From NCBI GenBank assembly GCA_900768685.1, contig CAAGDX010000014.1:2399-66398 (forward strand): a DNA stretch of 64,000 nt. The letters are read 5' to 3'. Numbering within the stretch: the stretch's first letter is position 1; each line of letters begins with the position of its first letter. This document shows positions 47,443 through 58,900 of this stretch, in pieces. The position numbers and the translations under genes were made by a program. The notes below the pieces were generated by a model. It was given only the letters and a program-made list of their open reading frames with translations, did no database searches and was not told the origin of the DNA. Source of the stretch: Bacteroidales bacterium. GTDB taxonomy: Bacteria > Bacteroidota > Bacteroidia > Bacteroidales > Muribaculaceae.

Positions 47443-49182
47443 ATGCTTATTAAATCTATTTTTCAAAATTGTGAGAAAGCAATATTGATAAGTTCTATTG
47501 CTTTATTCCCTATGATTACGTCTTGTGACGATGAGTATGATTTGTCTGATATCAATTCTGATATCACAGTGGGAGGAGATATTAAAATCCCCATTGGTGA
47601 GACAGAAGAACTGACGTTGTCACGAATTATTGACCTAACAGACCAACTTTATGTTGACAAAAGCGGTGCGTATGCACTGACAACTAACGGTAACATCAAT
47701 TTTGATATTGCCAAAGTGCCTGCCATCACTATTAAAGACTTCGCTACGGAGCCTAATGAGGTGCCTATTGAAGTAAATTTCGGTGCTCGCACTGTGATGT
47801 TGCCGGAACTGAAAATAGAAACTGATATTGAAACCATTCTCCACTTGGATGCCGAGCAAGATATTCCGGAAGAGGTGGAAAGCGTGTTCCGTATTGATTC
47901 AGACCCGATTACAGCATACGTTGTGGTAAAACTTATTGCTAATGATATGAGCGTTTTGGATAAGTTTACCAGTGCAAGTATGAAAGATTTTACACTGTAT
48001 TTCCCGCCTGAAGTGATTTTTGGTGAAGGTCTTGATGAACTGGACTATGAAACTAATATTTTCAGAACAAAGAAAGATTATACTTTTGACAAAAACGGCG
48101 AACTCCGCGTTCCGTTCCCAATTGTCGGCTTGCACAAATTGCCGGAAATTATTAATGGCAAAATGAATATCGTTGAAGACCTGGACTGCAAAGGACACCT
48201 CTCCGCAGTTGCTGAAAACGTCAGCAATTTGGACTTTGAGGGATTCAAAATGACTGTGCAATTCGATGTTCCTGTGTTTGATGTTACAGACGTTACGGGT
48301 ATCGTGAACACAAACATTGATATGGATTCGGAAATAGTTGATTTCGGTGATTTACCTGACGTTGTTACAGACCCGGAAACAAAAATCAATATCAACACTC
48401 TGTCTCTCTGCCTTTCACTTGACAACCCTGTGGGTGTGCCTTTCAATGCTTCCCTCAAACTCACTGCACTGGACGCTGCAAAGAACGCTATAAACGAACA
48501 GGTTACCGTTGACGTAAATATCGAAAAGGCTGAAGGTTTCGGACAGTCTAAAACTACAAATCTTTTCCTCACAAATTCCGCTACTCTCGATGCTCCTGCA
48601 GGCTACAAGAAAGTGCTTGTTGATAACCTTAACAAACTCGTTTCTCAAGTACCGGAATATGTGGAAATTGACCCGGTTATTACTGTAGATAAGTCACAAA
48701 CTCACACTGTTCGCCTCGGTCAAAACTACGCTACTATCGTAAACTACGATATGCAGATGCCGTTTGAGTTCGGCGAAGGTTCTCACATAGTTTATAGAGA
48801 ATCAGTGGATAATCTTCAAGATGATATAAAAGACGTTGCAGACAAAGTGACAAGCATGGAACTTTACGCAACTGTTGAAAGCACACTGCCATTCCAGGCT
48901 AAAATATCTGTTGTGCCTTACGACTATAATGGCACCGATATGAGCGACCGCATCAGCTACACTCCGTACGTACTTATCGCTCCGGGAAGTGAATCCGCTC
49001 CTACACAAGATGTTGAAATGAAATTCAGTGAAAAAGTAAAAGGTTCTTTGGAAGACTTAGACAGAATAGAGTTTATCGTGGAAGGTGACACTAAGGCTGC
49101 CGTTTCTGTCCTCAAGCCTACGCAGTACATCAAACTCAAAATGACTGCACATATTCCTGACGGTATTACTATCACAGACTAA
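47443..49182 (+). CDS. 579-aa lipoprotein, unknown function
   Basis: Lipobox FPMITSC followed by an acidic DDEYDLSD sequence, which is typical of surface-exposed Bacteroidetes lipoproteins. No family recognised. Confidence 0.65.
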   Translation: MLIKSIFQNCEKAILISSIALFPMITSCDDEYDLSDINSDITVGGDIKIPIGETEELTLSRIIDLTDQLYVDKSGAYALTTNGNINFDIAKVPAITIKDFATEPNEVPIEVNFGARTVMLPELKIETDIETILHLDAEQDIPEEVESVFRIDSDPITAYVVVKLIANDMSVLDKFTSASMKDFTLYFPPEVIFGEGLDELDYETNIFRTKKDYTFDKNGELRVPFPIVGLHKLPEIINGKMNIVEDLDCKGHLSAVAENVSNLDFEGFKMTVQFDVPVFDVTDVTGIVNTNIDMDSEIVDFGDLPDVVTDPETKININTLSLCLSLDNPVGVPFNASLKLTALDAAKNAINEQVTVDVNIEKAEGFGQSKTTNLFLTNSATLDAPAGYKKVLVDNLNKLVSQVPEYVEIDPVITVDKSQTHTVRLGQNYATIVNYDMQMPFEFGEGSHIVYRESVDNLQDDIKDVADKVTSMELYATVESTLPFQAKISVVPYDYNGTDMSDRISYTPYVLIAPGSESAPTQDVEMKFSEKVKGSLEDLDRIEFIVEGDTKAAVSVLKPTQYIKLKMTAHIPDGITITD

Positions 49183-49222
49183 TAAACCAATCTTTTTTGT
49201 AAACTTCTAAACTGAATTCATT

Positions 49223-50626
49223 ATGAAAACATTAAAATATATTATAGCAGCATTGGTGGCTGTTTCTGCTATTACACTCTCAGCACAAACTCCACACTCC
49301 GGTTATTTCATGGACATGCCGGGCAGACACCAGTTGAACCCTGCGTTTGCAAATGAGTATAACTACATCAATATGCCGGTTATTCCTGCACTTAGCGGTA
49401 TCGCAGTTGGTATGAACGGTAACATCGGTTTGGATAAATTCCTTTTTAAACGCAACGGAGAACTTGTGACAGGTCTTAACAGTGCTGTTTCCCAGGAAGA
49501 ATTTCTTGGCGGACTTAAAGATAACAACTTTATTGAGGCTAACGTTACCTACGAAATTTTTACACTCGGATTTAAGAAATGGGGTGGTTACAACACTGTA
49601 GGTCTTAACTTCAAGTCAAGCACGGGTATTGGATTGCCTTATGGACTTTTTGACTTTGCAAAACGAGGACAAGTTGGCGGCGAATATACGGAATACGATA
49701 TCAGCGACATCAAAGTCCGCACAAACAACTATGCCGAACTCGCTATCGGTCACTCTCATGCCTTAAACAGCAAAGTCACTGTAGGTGCTAAAATTAAGTA
49801 TATAGCAGGTCTTGGCTACGCAGATATGAATGTGAGCCGTCTTGATGTGGCTATGGGTCAAGAAAAATGGTCTATCCGTGAAGCAGGTGAAATGTTTTAC
49901 ACGGAAGCACTTGACGTGATGTATAAAGACAACGGTGAAATAGACGATTTGGACTTTGGCAAGATAAACGTTGCCGGAAACGGTTTTGGCATTGATTTGG
50001 GTGTTGTTTATAATCCAATTAAGGACTTGACGCTTTCTGCTGCAATTACAGACATAGGTTTTATTTCATGGAGCGGAAGCAAAGCAGCACTCGTTGATAA
50101 AGCTTTTGATTTTGACGGTTTCCACCACCTCGTTGCTGAAGACGACCCTCAAACAGGTGAATCCGCACTTGACCGTGAAGGTGACCAAATTGAAGATGAT
50201 TTACGCGAACTCGTGCGTTTCCAACACTCTGAATCCGACAGCAAATCCGAATCACTTGCCACTACACTCAATATTGGCGTGGAATACAGCATTCTCCGTG
50301 ACAAAATCTCTTTCGGACTTCTTTCCTCAAACAGATTCGGCGGTTTGCAGTCTTGGAACGAAGTTATGCTTTCTGCTAATTTCCGTCCTGCAAAATGGTT
50401 CCAGGCTACATTAAACGGTTCAATGTCGAACCTCGGAAATTCACTTGGTGCAATGATTAACTTCTGCCCTAAAGGCTTTAACTTCTACATCGGTTCAGAC
50501 TATATACCAACAAAATACGCAAAACAAGGTGTACCTATGTCTTCATCAAAGATAAACCTTGTTATGGGTATGGCTTTCAAATTCGGCTATGCCAAAAAAG
50601 CTCCCGCAGCAGTTGAAGCAATGTGA
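49223..50626 (+). CDS. 467-aa predicted outer-membrane beta-barrel protein, with an N-terminal motif reminiscent of the PorP/SprF family
   Basis: Signal peptide ...AITLSAQ. TPHSGYFMDMPGRHQLNPAFAN resembles the QxxQYxxNxxxxNPAxAG opening of PorP/SprF-type barrels. Alternating beta-strand patterns run throughout. Confidence 0.5.
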   Translation: MKTLKYIIAALVAVSAITLSAQTPHSGYFMDMPGRHQLNPAFANEYNYINMPVIPALSGIAVGMNGNIGLDKFLFKRNGELVTGLNSAVSQEEFLGGLKDNNFIEANVTYEIFTLGFKKWGGYNTVGLNFKSSTGIGLPYGLFDFAKRGQVGGEYTEYDISDIKVRTNNYAELAIGHSHALNSKVTVGAKIKYIAGLGYADMNVSRLDVAMGQEKWSIREAGEMFYTEALDVMYKDNGEIDDLDFGKINVAGNGFGIDLGVVYNPIKDLTLSAAITDIGFISWSGSKAALVDKAFDFDGFHHLVAEDDPQTGESALDREGDQIEDDLRELVRFQHSESDSKSESLATTLNIGVEYSILRDKISFGLLSSNRFGGLQSWNEVMLSANFRPAKWFQATLNGSMSNLGNSLGAMINFCPKGFNFYIGSDYIPTKYAKQGVPMSSSKINLVMGMAFKFGYAKKAPAAVEAM

Positions 50627-50650
50627 TAATTTGAAATAAGGTTTTTAAGA

Positions 50651-50687
50651 AAATGCCTCAGACGTAATAGTCCGGGGCATTTTTTTA
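50651..50687 (+). terminator. Rho-independent terminator
   Basis: Stem AAATGCCTC pairs with GGGGCATTT (one G-U pair, 14-nt loop), followed by T6. Confidence 0.7.
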
Positions 50688-50773
50688 TCTAAAGTCAAAT
50701 GTAGAGAACAGTAATTACGGAAAAATTTCAAAATTTTGTAAAAATTGTTGTTGCAAAGAATGTTTTGTTTTCT

Positions 50774-50781
50774 TACCTTTG
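50774..50781 (+). promoter_or_regulatory. Bacteroidetes -7 promoter motif TACCTTTG
   Basis: Exact TAnnTTTG, 74 nt upstream of the ATG at 50855. Confidence 0.4.
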
Positions 50782-50854
50782 CACTACCCAAAACGAAAGT
50801 AGCAAATTAGCACTGAAATAAAGAAAAAGCACTATATAAAAACACAGGAAAGAA

Positions 50855-52249
50855 ATGATTGTTACAATCGTAGTTTTATTTTTGATTGGTTACCTTGCAA
50901 TTGCTCTTGAAAGACAACTGCGAGTTGACAAATCCGCTATTGCTCTGTTGCTCGGTATGCTCCTCTGGGTTGTATATACTATGGGTGCAGCCGAGATTGT
51001 TCCGAATGTCAGCCTTAAAGGTCTGGAAGCATTTGTGGCAGATAGCCCGCACTTAAAGGAAAAGTCACTCGCCCAGCAGTGTCTTGACTATGTTCTTAAC
51101 GTCCAGCTTGTGGAATCGCTCGGAGAGATTATTCAAACTATACTCTTCCTTATCGGAGCGATGACGATTGTGGAACTTATTGACGTTCACGGAGGTTTTT
51201 CCGTGATTACGGATAAGATTCGCACCAGAAACAAGAAAAAACTTCTCTGGGTGGTTTGTATCACCACGTTTATTTTCTCTGCCATTCTGGACAATATGAC
51301 CACGTCTATTGTGATGATTATGCTTCTGCGTAAGCTCATAGCAAACAAGCGAGAACGCTGGATTTACACTGCAATGATAGTTATTTCCGCTAATGCCGGA
51401 GGTGCATGGTCTCCTATCGGTGACGTTACCACTATCATGCTTTGGGTGAAAGGAAATGTGACTGCGGGAGCACTTATCAGCTACGTATTGTTGCCGAGTA
51501 TTGTTTCTCTGCTCGTGCCGCTGCTTATCGTTTCAAGAAATATGAAAGGTAAACTGCCCAAACACGTAGAGGAAGTGAAAACAGACGACCCTATCACACA
51601 CCGTGAAAAAAAGACAATTCTTCTCCTTGGCGTGATAGGACTTCTCTTTGTGCCTGTGTTCAAGTCTATTACACACATGCCGCCGTTTGTGGGTATTCTC
51701 TTTGTGCTCGGTGTGCTGTGGACGTTCACGGAATGTTTTTACAATGGCAAGCGTCTTGACCTTTCTCGTGAGCAGAGATTGCCTAAGGTTATTGCAAGAA
51801 TAGATATGCCGTCAATTCTCTTCTTCCTCGGTATTCTTATGGCGGTGTCCGTTCTCCAAGTTAGTGGAATTTTGGACACTACGTCAACTTTCCTTGATGA
51901 AAAAATTCACAATATATATGTTATAGACACTCTTCTGGGAATGTTATCTTCCGTGGTGGATAATGTTCCGCTTGTGGCAGGTGTGATAGGTATGTATCCT
52001 GTAGAACTGATAGAATCATCACCGTATGCTGCAAACTTTATGGTGGATGGTGCGTTCTGGGAATTTTTGAGCTATTGTGCCGGAGTAGGTGGTAACTTGC
52101 TTATCATCGGTTCTGCAGCCGGTGTTATCGCTATGGGACTTGACAAAATATCCTTTGGCTGGTATCTGCGTAAGTTTACCGGTGTGGCACTCATTGGTTA
52201 CCTTTCCGGTGCATTAGTCTATATCATAGAAGTTTGGTTGTTAAAATAA
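50855..52249 (+). CDS. NhaD/ArsB-superfamily ion transporter (probable Na+/H+ antiporter NhaD)
   Basis: Polytopic 464-aa membrane protein. SAILDNMTTSIVM and SSVVDNVPLVA are duplicated motifs typical of NhaD-type antiporters. Confidence 0.6.
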   Translation: MIVTIVVLFLIGYLAIALERQLRVDKSAIALLLGMLLWVVYTMGAAEIVPNVSLKGLEAFVADSPHLKEKSLAQQCLDYVLNVQLVESLGEIIQTILFLIGAMTIVELIDVHGGFSVITDKIRTRNKKKLLWVVCITTFIFSAILDNMTTSIVMIMLLRKLIANKRERWIYTAMIVISANAGGAWSPIGDVTTIMLWVKGNVTAGALISYVLLPSIVSLLVPLLIVSRNMKGKLPKHVEEVKTDDPITHREKKTILLLGVIGLLFVPVFKSITHMPPFVGILFVLGVLWTFTECFYNGKRLDLSREQRLPKVIARIDMPSILFFLGILMAVSVLQVSGILDTTSTFLDEKIHNIYVIDTLLGMLSSVVDNVPLVAGVIGMYPVELIESSPYAANFMVDGAFWEFLSYCAGVGGNLLIIGSAAGVIAMGLDKISFGWYLRKFTGVALIGYLSGALVYIIEVWLLK

Positions 52250-52250
52250 T

Positions 52251-52931
52251 ATGCAAGTAGTTTACGAGGATAATCATATTATTATTGTCAATAAGTTGCC
52301 GGGCGAGATAGTGCAGGGCGACAAGACCGGTGACAAGCCTCTCTGCGAGATTGTGAAAGAGTGGATAAAGGAAAAATATGCCAAGCCGGGTAATGTTTTT
52401 CTGGGTGTGGCTCACCGCTTGGACCGGCCTGTGGCAGGGCTTGTGGTGTTTGCAAAAACGTCTAAGGCACTTGCTCGCCTAAATGAAATGTTTCGCAATG
52501 GTGATGTTCATAAAACCTATTGGGCTGTGACTGCAAATAAGCCGGAACATGATGAAGCCATGCTCACTCACCATCTCCACTCAATAGAAAAGAGCAATAA
52601 GACGTACGTCTATGATTCTCCCCGAAGCAATACTAAGGAAGCAAAATTGCATTATAAACTCATAGCATCGTCTGAGAGATATTTTCTGCTGGAAGTGAAC
52701 CTCCTCACTGGTCGCAAGCACCAAATTCGGGCACAGCTTTCCGCTATTGGTTGTCCTATAAAGGGCGACCTTAAATATGGGGCAAAGCGTAGCAATCCGG
52801 ACGGTTCTATCTCGCTCCTTGCACGCAGAGTGCAATTTATTCACCCCGTTTCCAAAGTGCAGATAGACGTTACGGCACCTGTGCCTGACGATACTCTATG
52901 GCAGGCACTTGAAGCGGCAGTAAAACAGTAA
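52251..52931 (+). CDS. RluA-family RNA pseudouridine synthase
   Basis: VVYEDNHIIIVNKLPG, HRLDRPVAGLVVFAKT (catalytic Asp) and TGRKHQIRAQL. Confidence 0.85.
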   Translation: MQVVYEDNHIIIVNKLPGEIVQGDKTGDKPLCEIVKEWIKEKYAKPGNVFLGVAHRLDRPVAGLVVFAKTSKALARLNEMFRNGDVHKTYWAVTANKPEHDEAMLTHHLHSIEKSNKTYVYDSPRSNTKEAKLHYKLIASSERYFLLEVNLLTGRKHQIRAQLSAIGCPIKGDLKYGAKRSNPDGSISLLARRVQFIHPVSKVQIDVTAPVPDDTLWQALEAAVKQ

Positions 52932-52935
52932 GTTT

Positions 52936-53901
52936 ATGGAAAAGAAAGATTTAAGAATAGTATTTTTAGGCACTCCGGAGTTTGCCGTGTGCAGCCTGGA
53001 CAAAATATGCAAAGAAGGTTTTAATGTTGTGGCAGTTGTAACTATGCCGGACAAACCGGCGGGTAGGGGACACAAAATGTTTCAGTCTCCTGTAAAAGAA
53101 TATGCCGTGCAGCACGGACTTCCCGTCCTTCAGCCCGTAAACCTTAAAGATGAAGCATTTGTGGAGGAACTCCGCAGTTATAATGCTGATATATTCGTTG
53201 TGATTGCCTTCCGTATGTTGCCAAAAGTGGTTTGGACTATGCCGCCCCTCGGCACTTTTAATCTTCATGCATCATTACTCCCGGACTATCGTGGTGCAGC
53301 ACCTATAAACTGGGCTGTGATAAATGGTGAAAAGCGTACCGGCGTCACCACTTTCTTCCTCAAGCATGAAATAGACACAGGTGATATTATCTCACAGCAA
53401 GCTATTGACATTGCAGACGATGAAAATGTAGGCTCCGTTCACGACAGGCTTATGGCTATTGGTGCAGACCTTACTTTGGAAACTCTGAACAGCATTATTG
53501 CCGGAACACTTAAGACTATTCCTCAGGACGATTTGCTCAATGGAGCAGAGCCTAAACCGGCTCCAAAAATCTTTAAGGAAACCTGCAAACTGGATTTCAC
53601 GAAACCCGTAATTGAAATTTACAATAAAATTCGCGGACTTTCGCCATATCCTGCATCATACGTGGATATTTGCGACGACACCACTCCGGAACCTCGCCAG
53701 CTCAAAATTTTTAAGGCTGTTATTGCAGATAAGTCTGCAAACAAAAATCCCGGTGAAATAAGTATTGCCAACGACCGTCTCTTTATTGAAGCTCCGGACG
53801 GTACACTGGAAATCCTGGAACTTCAGATTCAAGGCAAGAAAAAAATGTCTGCCTCGGATTTTATTCACGGTGCAAAATTAGTGAATCCAAAACTGATGTA
53901 A
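52936..53901 (+). CDS. fmt: Methionyl-tRNA formyltransferase
   Basis: RIVFLGTPEFAV..., NLHASLLPDYRGAAPINWAVINGEKRTGVTTF. Confidence 0.92.
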   Translation: MEKKDLRIVFLGTPEFAVCSLDKICKEGFNVVAVVTMPDKPAGRGHKMFQSPVKEYAVQHGLPVLQPVNLKDEAFVEELRSYNADIFVVIAFRMLPKVVWTMPPLGTFNLHASLLPDYRGAAPINWAVINGEKRTGVTTFFLKHEIDTGDIISQQAIDIADDENVGSVHDRLMAIGADLTLETLNSIIAGTLKTIPQDDLLNGAEPKPAPKIFKETCKLDFTKPVIEIYNKIRGLSPYPASYVDICDDTTPEPRQLKIFKAVIADKSANKNPGEISIANDRLFIEAPDGTLEILELQIQGKKKMSASDFIHGAKLVNPKLM

Positions 53902-53911
53902 TAGAAGAAAT

Positions 53912-55546
53912 ATGAGACTTTCCGCCTTGATTTTTACCTTGTCTGTTCTGCTCCAGCTGGGCGCTACTCAGCGTACGGATTCACTCATGTCCGAGCTTAA
54001 AGACGCATTGGAGCAGAGAGATGTTTTTGTCTCTCAGAAACTTGAAAAAATCAGAAATTTTCATCTTGAGGCGGATAGTGCGGTAAGCCTTTACGACAAG
54101 TTTGAGGCTGTAGGGCATTTGCTTGATGAATATAGGTCGTTTAATTCGGACTCTGCAATGAAGATGTGCGAAGAACGTCTGAAAATCGCACAACTCATTG
54201 GTGACCGGAAACTGATAGACAATGCAAAACTGAATATAGCGGAAATTCTGTATAGTACGGGTATGTATATGGAGGCTTTTGACCTTATGGATGACATTCC
54301 CTCCGGTCGTCTGCCGGAATATTTGTTGCCGTATTATTTCCACTTGCACCGCACCGTGTATGGCTTGTTGCGTGACTATTCCATAAGGCAAGTGGAGATA
54401 GACCGCTACAGTAGTCTTACGGATGCTTATCGGGATTCTATCATTAGTGTAAATCGTCCCGGCTCGATTGCGTACGTGATTACAATGGCAGACAAACTTA
54501 ATTGCCAAAACAAGTTTCAAGATGCCATAAACGTGATTGAGGATTATTTCAATTCCGGCAACTGTTCGGACCACGACCGTGCCATTTGTGCTTACAGCCT
54601 TGCTAAGTCTTATCAGAGCCTTTGCGATACGATAGGCTATAAAGAGCAACTTATAATATCTTCAATTTCCGATGTACGCTCTGCAATTCGCGAATACGTG
54701 TCGCTGCGAGAACTTGCCTTTCTCCTTTACAGTGAGGGAGAAGTGAAAGATGCGTATCAATTTCTGCAAATTGCCATGGACGATGCCGTGAAATGCAATG
54801 CCAGAATACGCGTGCTGGAGATAAATAAGGTGTTCCCTATTGTGAACAAAGTCTATTACGATACTATTCATGCACAGCAAACTCGTCTCCGCTGGGCTTT
54901 GGCAGCAATCAGCATTTTGCTGATAATCTTGATTATCACTATGGTGTATCTTTACAAGCAGATGCAGCGAGTGGCACAAGCAAGGAAAGAAATAGAGGTA
55001 GTGAATGATAGTTTGCGTAAACTCAATGCGGAACTCACGGACTATGTGGAAAAACTCCGTCAGGCAAACAATTCCATTGAAGAACATTCAAGGCTCAAGG
55101 AAGCATACATCGCACAATATATGGAGCAGAGTTCAGACTATATAGACAAGATGGACCGTTACCGTATGGCTCTCCGAAACCTTGTAAGTTCAGGTAAGAT
55201 TACGGAGCTCACAAAAGAACTGAAATCCACCACTTTCCTTGATGACGAGCTCAAATCTTTCTATCAGAGTTTTGACGAAACGTTCCTCCGCTTGTTCCCT
55301 ACTTTTGTGGAAGACTTTAATAAACTGCTCCTCCCGGGACAGGAAATAATACCCAAAAAAACAAAGCAACTGAACACGGAATTGCGCATTTTTGCACTTA
55401 TCCGCCTCGGAATTACGGACAGCACCAAAATCTCAGGCTTCCTCCGTTATTCCCTTTCTACAATATACAATTACCGCACTAAAGTACGCAATAAAGCAGC
55501 CGGAAACCGTGATGCCCTTGAAGAAGAACTAATGAAAATAGGGTAA
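53912..55546 (+). CDS. SusR-like transmembrane regulator (periplasmic TPR-like sensor, one TM helix, coiled coil, C-terminal HTH)
   Basis: Signal-like N-terminus, helical-repeat region, TM segment LRWALAAISILLIILIITMVYLY, and C-terminal ELRIFALIRLGITDSTKISGFLRYSLSTIYNYRTKVRNK. It sits immediately upstream of susC/susD homologues. Confidence 0.6.
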   Translation: MRLSALIFTLSVLLQLGATQRTDSLMSELKDALEQRDVFVSQKLEKIRNFHLEADSAVSLYDKFEAVGHLLDEYRSFNSDSAMKMCEERLKIAQLIGDRKLIDNAKLNIAEILYSTGMYMEAFDLMDDIPSGRLPEYLLPYYFHLHRTVYGLLRDYSIRQVEIDRYSSLTDAYRDSIISVNRPGSIAYVITMADKLNCQNKFQDAINVIEDYFNSGNCSDHDRAICAYSLAKSYQSLCDTIGYKEQLIISSISDVRSAIREYVSLRELAFLLYSEGEVKDAYQFLQIAMDDAVKCNARIRVLEINKVFPIVNKVYYDTIHAQQTRLRWALAAISILLIILIITMVYLYKQMQRVAQARKEIEVVNDSLRKLNAELTDYVEKLRQANNSIEEHSRLKEAYIAQYMEQSSDYIDKMDRYRMALRNLVSSGKITELTKELKSTTFLDDELKSFYQSFDETFLRLFPTFVEDFNKLLLPGQEIIPKKTKQLNTELRIFALIRLGITDSTKISGFLRYSLSTIYNYRTKVRNKAAGNRDALEEELMKIG

Positions 55547-55842
55547 TCAATTTTGGATAACATCAAGATGCTTTAGAGCACTATTAGAGCCTATTTTGTC
55601 TAATTTTTATCATAGATAATAGTTGTTTTTAAAACGCATTCTGAAAATTTAATCAAAACAGCAATTAGATATATAATTGAGCAATTTTATCAAAATTTTA
55701 TATAAATTTCATTATATTTTTACTACATATTTATTTGCCATCAAAATTTTCAAGTATTTGAATATTAACGAATTATAATTTCATAAGTGTTAAAATTAAC
55801 TACATTTTTTTGCCGCCTCTTTTAATTCGCTTCTCTATGCAC

Positions 55843-55850
55843 TAATTTTG
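55843..55850 (+). promoter_or_regulatory. Bacteroidetes -7 promoter motif TAATTTTG upstream of the susC-like gene
   Basis: Exact TAnnTTTG, 68 nt upstream of the ATG at 55918, in a 370-nt AT-rich intergenic region. Confidence 0.45.
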
Positions 55851-55917
55851 CGTTGCAAACTTGACAATAAAACGTTCCAAAAATTTAATAATTCCTTAAT
55901 ATTAATATCTATCAAGC

Positions 55918-58900
55918 ATGAAAAAAACTAAAATTCCGGTTGCTTGGCGTTTATTTGCTCTTGTGACATTATTTATGTCATGTCTGAGCCTGAACGCACA
56001 GCAGATTACGGTTTCCGGAACCGTAACAGATTCTACAGGCGAACCTATTATAGGTGCCAGTGTATTAGTGGTGGGTACTACAAGCGGTGTTTCTACTGAC
56101 ATCGATGGTAATTACTCCTTAACTGCAGATGCTGCAGGTCAAATCAAAGTAACCTATATCGGTTACCTCCCTCAAACAATCAGTATTGATGGTAAAAGCA
56201 CTATAAATGTGGTGCTTAAGGAAAATGCCGAACTACTTGATGAAGTGGTTGTTATCGGTTATGGTACTATGAAAAAGAGCGACCTTACAGGTGCCGTTTC
56301 TTCACTCGGTTCTCGTGACATCAAGGAAGTTCCGGTAAACAATGTCGGTCAGGCTATTCAGGGTAAAATCGCCGGTGTAAACATTGTTGGCGGTAACAAA
56401 CCGGGCGACAACGTTACAATCAAAGTTCGCGGTCTCGGTTCTATTAACAACTGTGACCCACTCATTGTTATAGACGGCGTGCCTACTGATCTCGGTCTTA
56501 ACAACATTAATCCTCAGGACATTGAACGTCTTGACGTGCTCAAAGATGCTTCCGCTACCGCTATCTACGGTTCTCGCGGTGCAAATGGTGTAATTATGAT
56601 TACAACACGCAAGGGTACTGCCGGTGACAGCAAGATTTCCGTTTCTCTTAATGCTGCTATCCAAAATGCATCAAAGACTATGGATTTGCTCGGTTCTGCC
56701 GGTTATGCTTCTTTGAATAACGATATGATGAACAATTCCGGACATAATGCAAATCCGGATTGGGTTGACCCTTCTGTTCTTACTCATTCTACAAACTGGG
56801 TAGATGAACTTCTCCAGACAGGTGTGATGCAAAACTACAATATCAGTTATTCCGGCGGTAATGAAAAAACGCATCACTATTTTTCTGCCGGTTTCCTTGA
56901 CCAATCAGGTATTATAAATCACGTAAACTATCGCCGTTTCACTTTCCAGTCTAACAACGATTCACAAGTTAAAAACTGGCTCAAGATTTCAAATAATCTC
57001 CTTTTCAGTGCAGATGAAAAGAAATCCGGCAGTTACAGTATGTGGGACGCTATGCAGGCTCTCCCTATCTACACCGTGAAAGATGAATTTGGTGCATGGA
57101 CGGGTCCGGAAGGCAATTCAGAATGGTATGGCGGAGTGCGTAACCCGGTGGGTAGCAACGAAATGTATCGCAGCACTACAAAGGGATATAACTTCCTCGC
57201 AAACATTTCCGCAGACATTAAATTTACAAACTGGCTGCAATTCCGCTCTCTTTTCGGCTATGATGCAAAATTCTGGGACGCAGAAAGTTTCTCTCCAAAG
57301 TATAATTGGAAACCTACTCCTGTTGAAGAAAGTTCTCAGTATCAAAGTTCAAACAAGTCTTTCACTTACCTCTGGGATAACTATTTCACATTTAACTATA
57401 CATTTGCCAAAAAACACGATTTGAACGTGATGGCAGGTATGTCTGCACAGTGGAACGATTTCCGCTGGATGTCCGGACAAGTTAACGGTTTCCTTTTTGA
57501 CAATGTTCACCAGATAGACAACGGCGAAAAGATTTACGACTTCGGCGGTTCTCGCAACGATTGGTCTCTCCTCTCTTATATGGCTCGTGCAAACTACGTT
57601 TATGACAATAAATATTACCTCACCGCAACTGTTCGCCGCGACGGTTCAAGCCGTTTCGGTCCTAAGAACCGCTGGGGTACATTCCCGTCTGCATCTGCTG
57701 CATGGAGAATATCTTCTGAAGAATTTTTCCCGAAAGATATAGCACTGAACGACCTTAAACTCCGTCTCGGTTACGGTAAAACAGGTAGCCAGGCTTCCGT
57801 AGGCAATTACAGTTATATTTCTTCACTCACAACTATCCTCTATCCGTTTGGTCCTGATGCCGACGGCGAACAGAGTGCACTCTATTCACAAGTTCTTTCA
57901 AACCCATACATTCACTGGGAAGAAATAGAGCAGTTTAATGCAGGTGTTGATATGTCTTTCTTCAATTCCCGCTTAAACGTCAGCCTTGACGGATATATCA
58001 AAAATACTAACGATATGCTCGTAAAAGCCGCTATTCCAATCACTTCCGGCTATGAAGATACTTTTGATACTTACACAAATGCCGGTAAAGTTCGCAATAT
58101 TGGTTGGGAACTCACTGCAAACTCTCTGAACGTTCAGGGTATTGTAAACTGGGAAACAAACCTTGTGGTTACTTACAATAAAAATAAGATTAAAGACCTC
58201 AACAGCGATTCTCCGCTTTACCGCAATCAGTTTGGCGGCGCTTATGCTACAATCCTCTCTAAGGACCTACCTATCAACGCTTTCTACGGTTACGTTACAG
58301 ACGGCATCTTCCAAAATCAGGCGGAAGTTGATGCTCACGCTATTCAGCCGGGTGCCGAGCCGGGCGATATCCGCTTCAGAGACCTTAACAACGATGGTGT
58401 GATTAACGATGACGACCGTACCGTGATTGGTAACCCGAACCCGACATGGCTCTTCTCTATGAACAATCGCCTTACTTACAAGGACTTTGAACTTTCTATT
58501 TACCTCCAGGGTGCTGCCGGCGGCAAGATTTACAACCGCACACGCTCTGTTATGGAAAGTATGTCTGCCGCTTACAACCAGTATGCTACTACTGCAGACC
58601 GATGGACAGGTGAGGGCACTTCAAACTCTATGCCGCGTGCCGTTTGGGCTGACCCCAATGGTAACAACCGTATCAGCGACCGTTGGGTGGAAGACGGTTC
58701 TTACCTCCGCATTAAAAATATCTCTCTCGGTTACAACGTTCCTAAACCGCTTCTCCGCAAAATCGGTTTTGAACAGGCTCGTGTAATCCTCTCTTGCGAA
58801 AATGTGGCTACTATCACAGGTTACTCCGGTATTGACCCTGAAGTAGGTATTGATGGTATCGACTATTCAAGCTTCCCTGCTTCTCGTACATTCAACTTAG

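Noticed and set aside
53981-54649. A 222-aa ORF antisense to the SusR-like regulator. Similar antisense ORFs occur at 28031-28606, 45630-46217, 46641-47186 and 25842-26366.
   Set aside because: These are shadow ORFs within well-supported sense genes, with no motifs and no independent signals.
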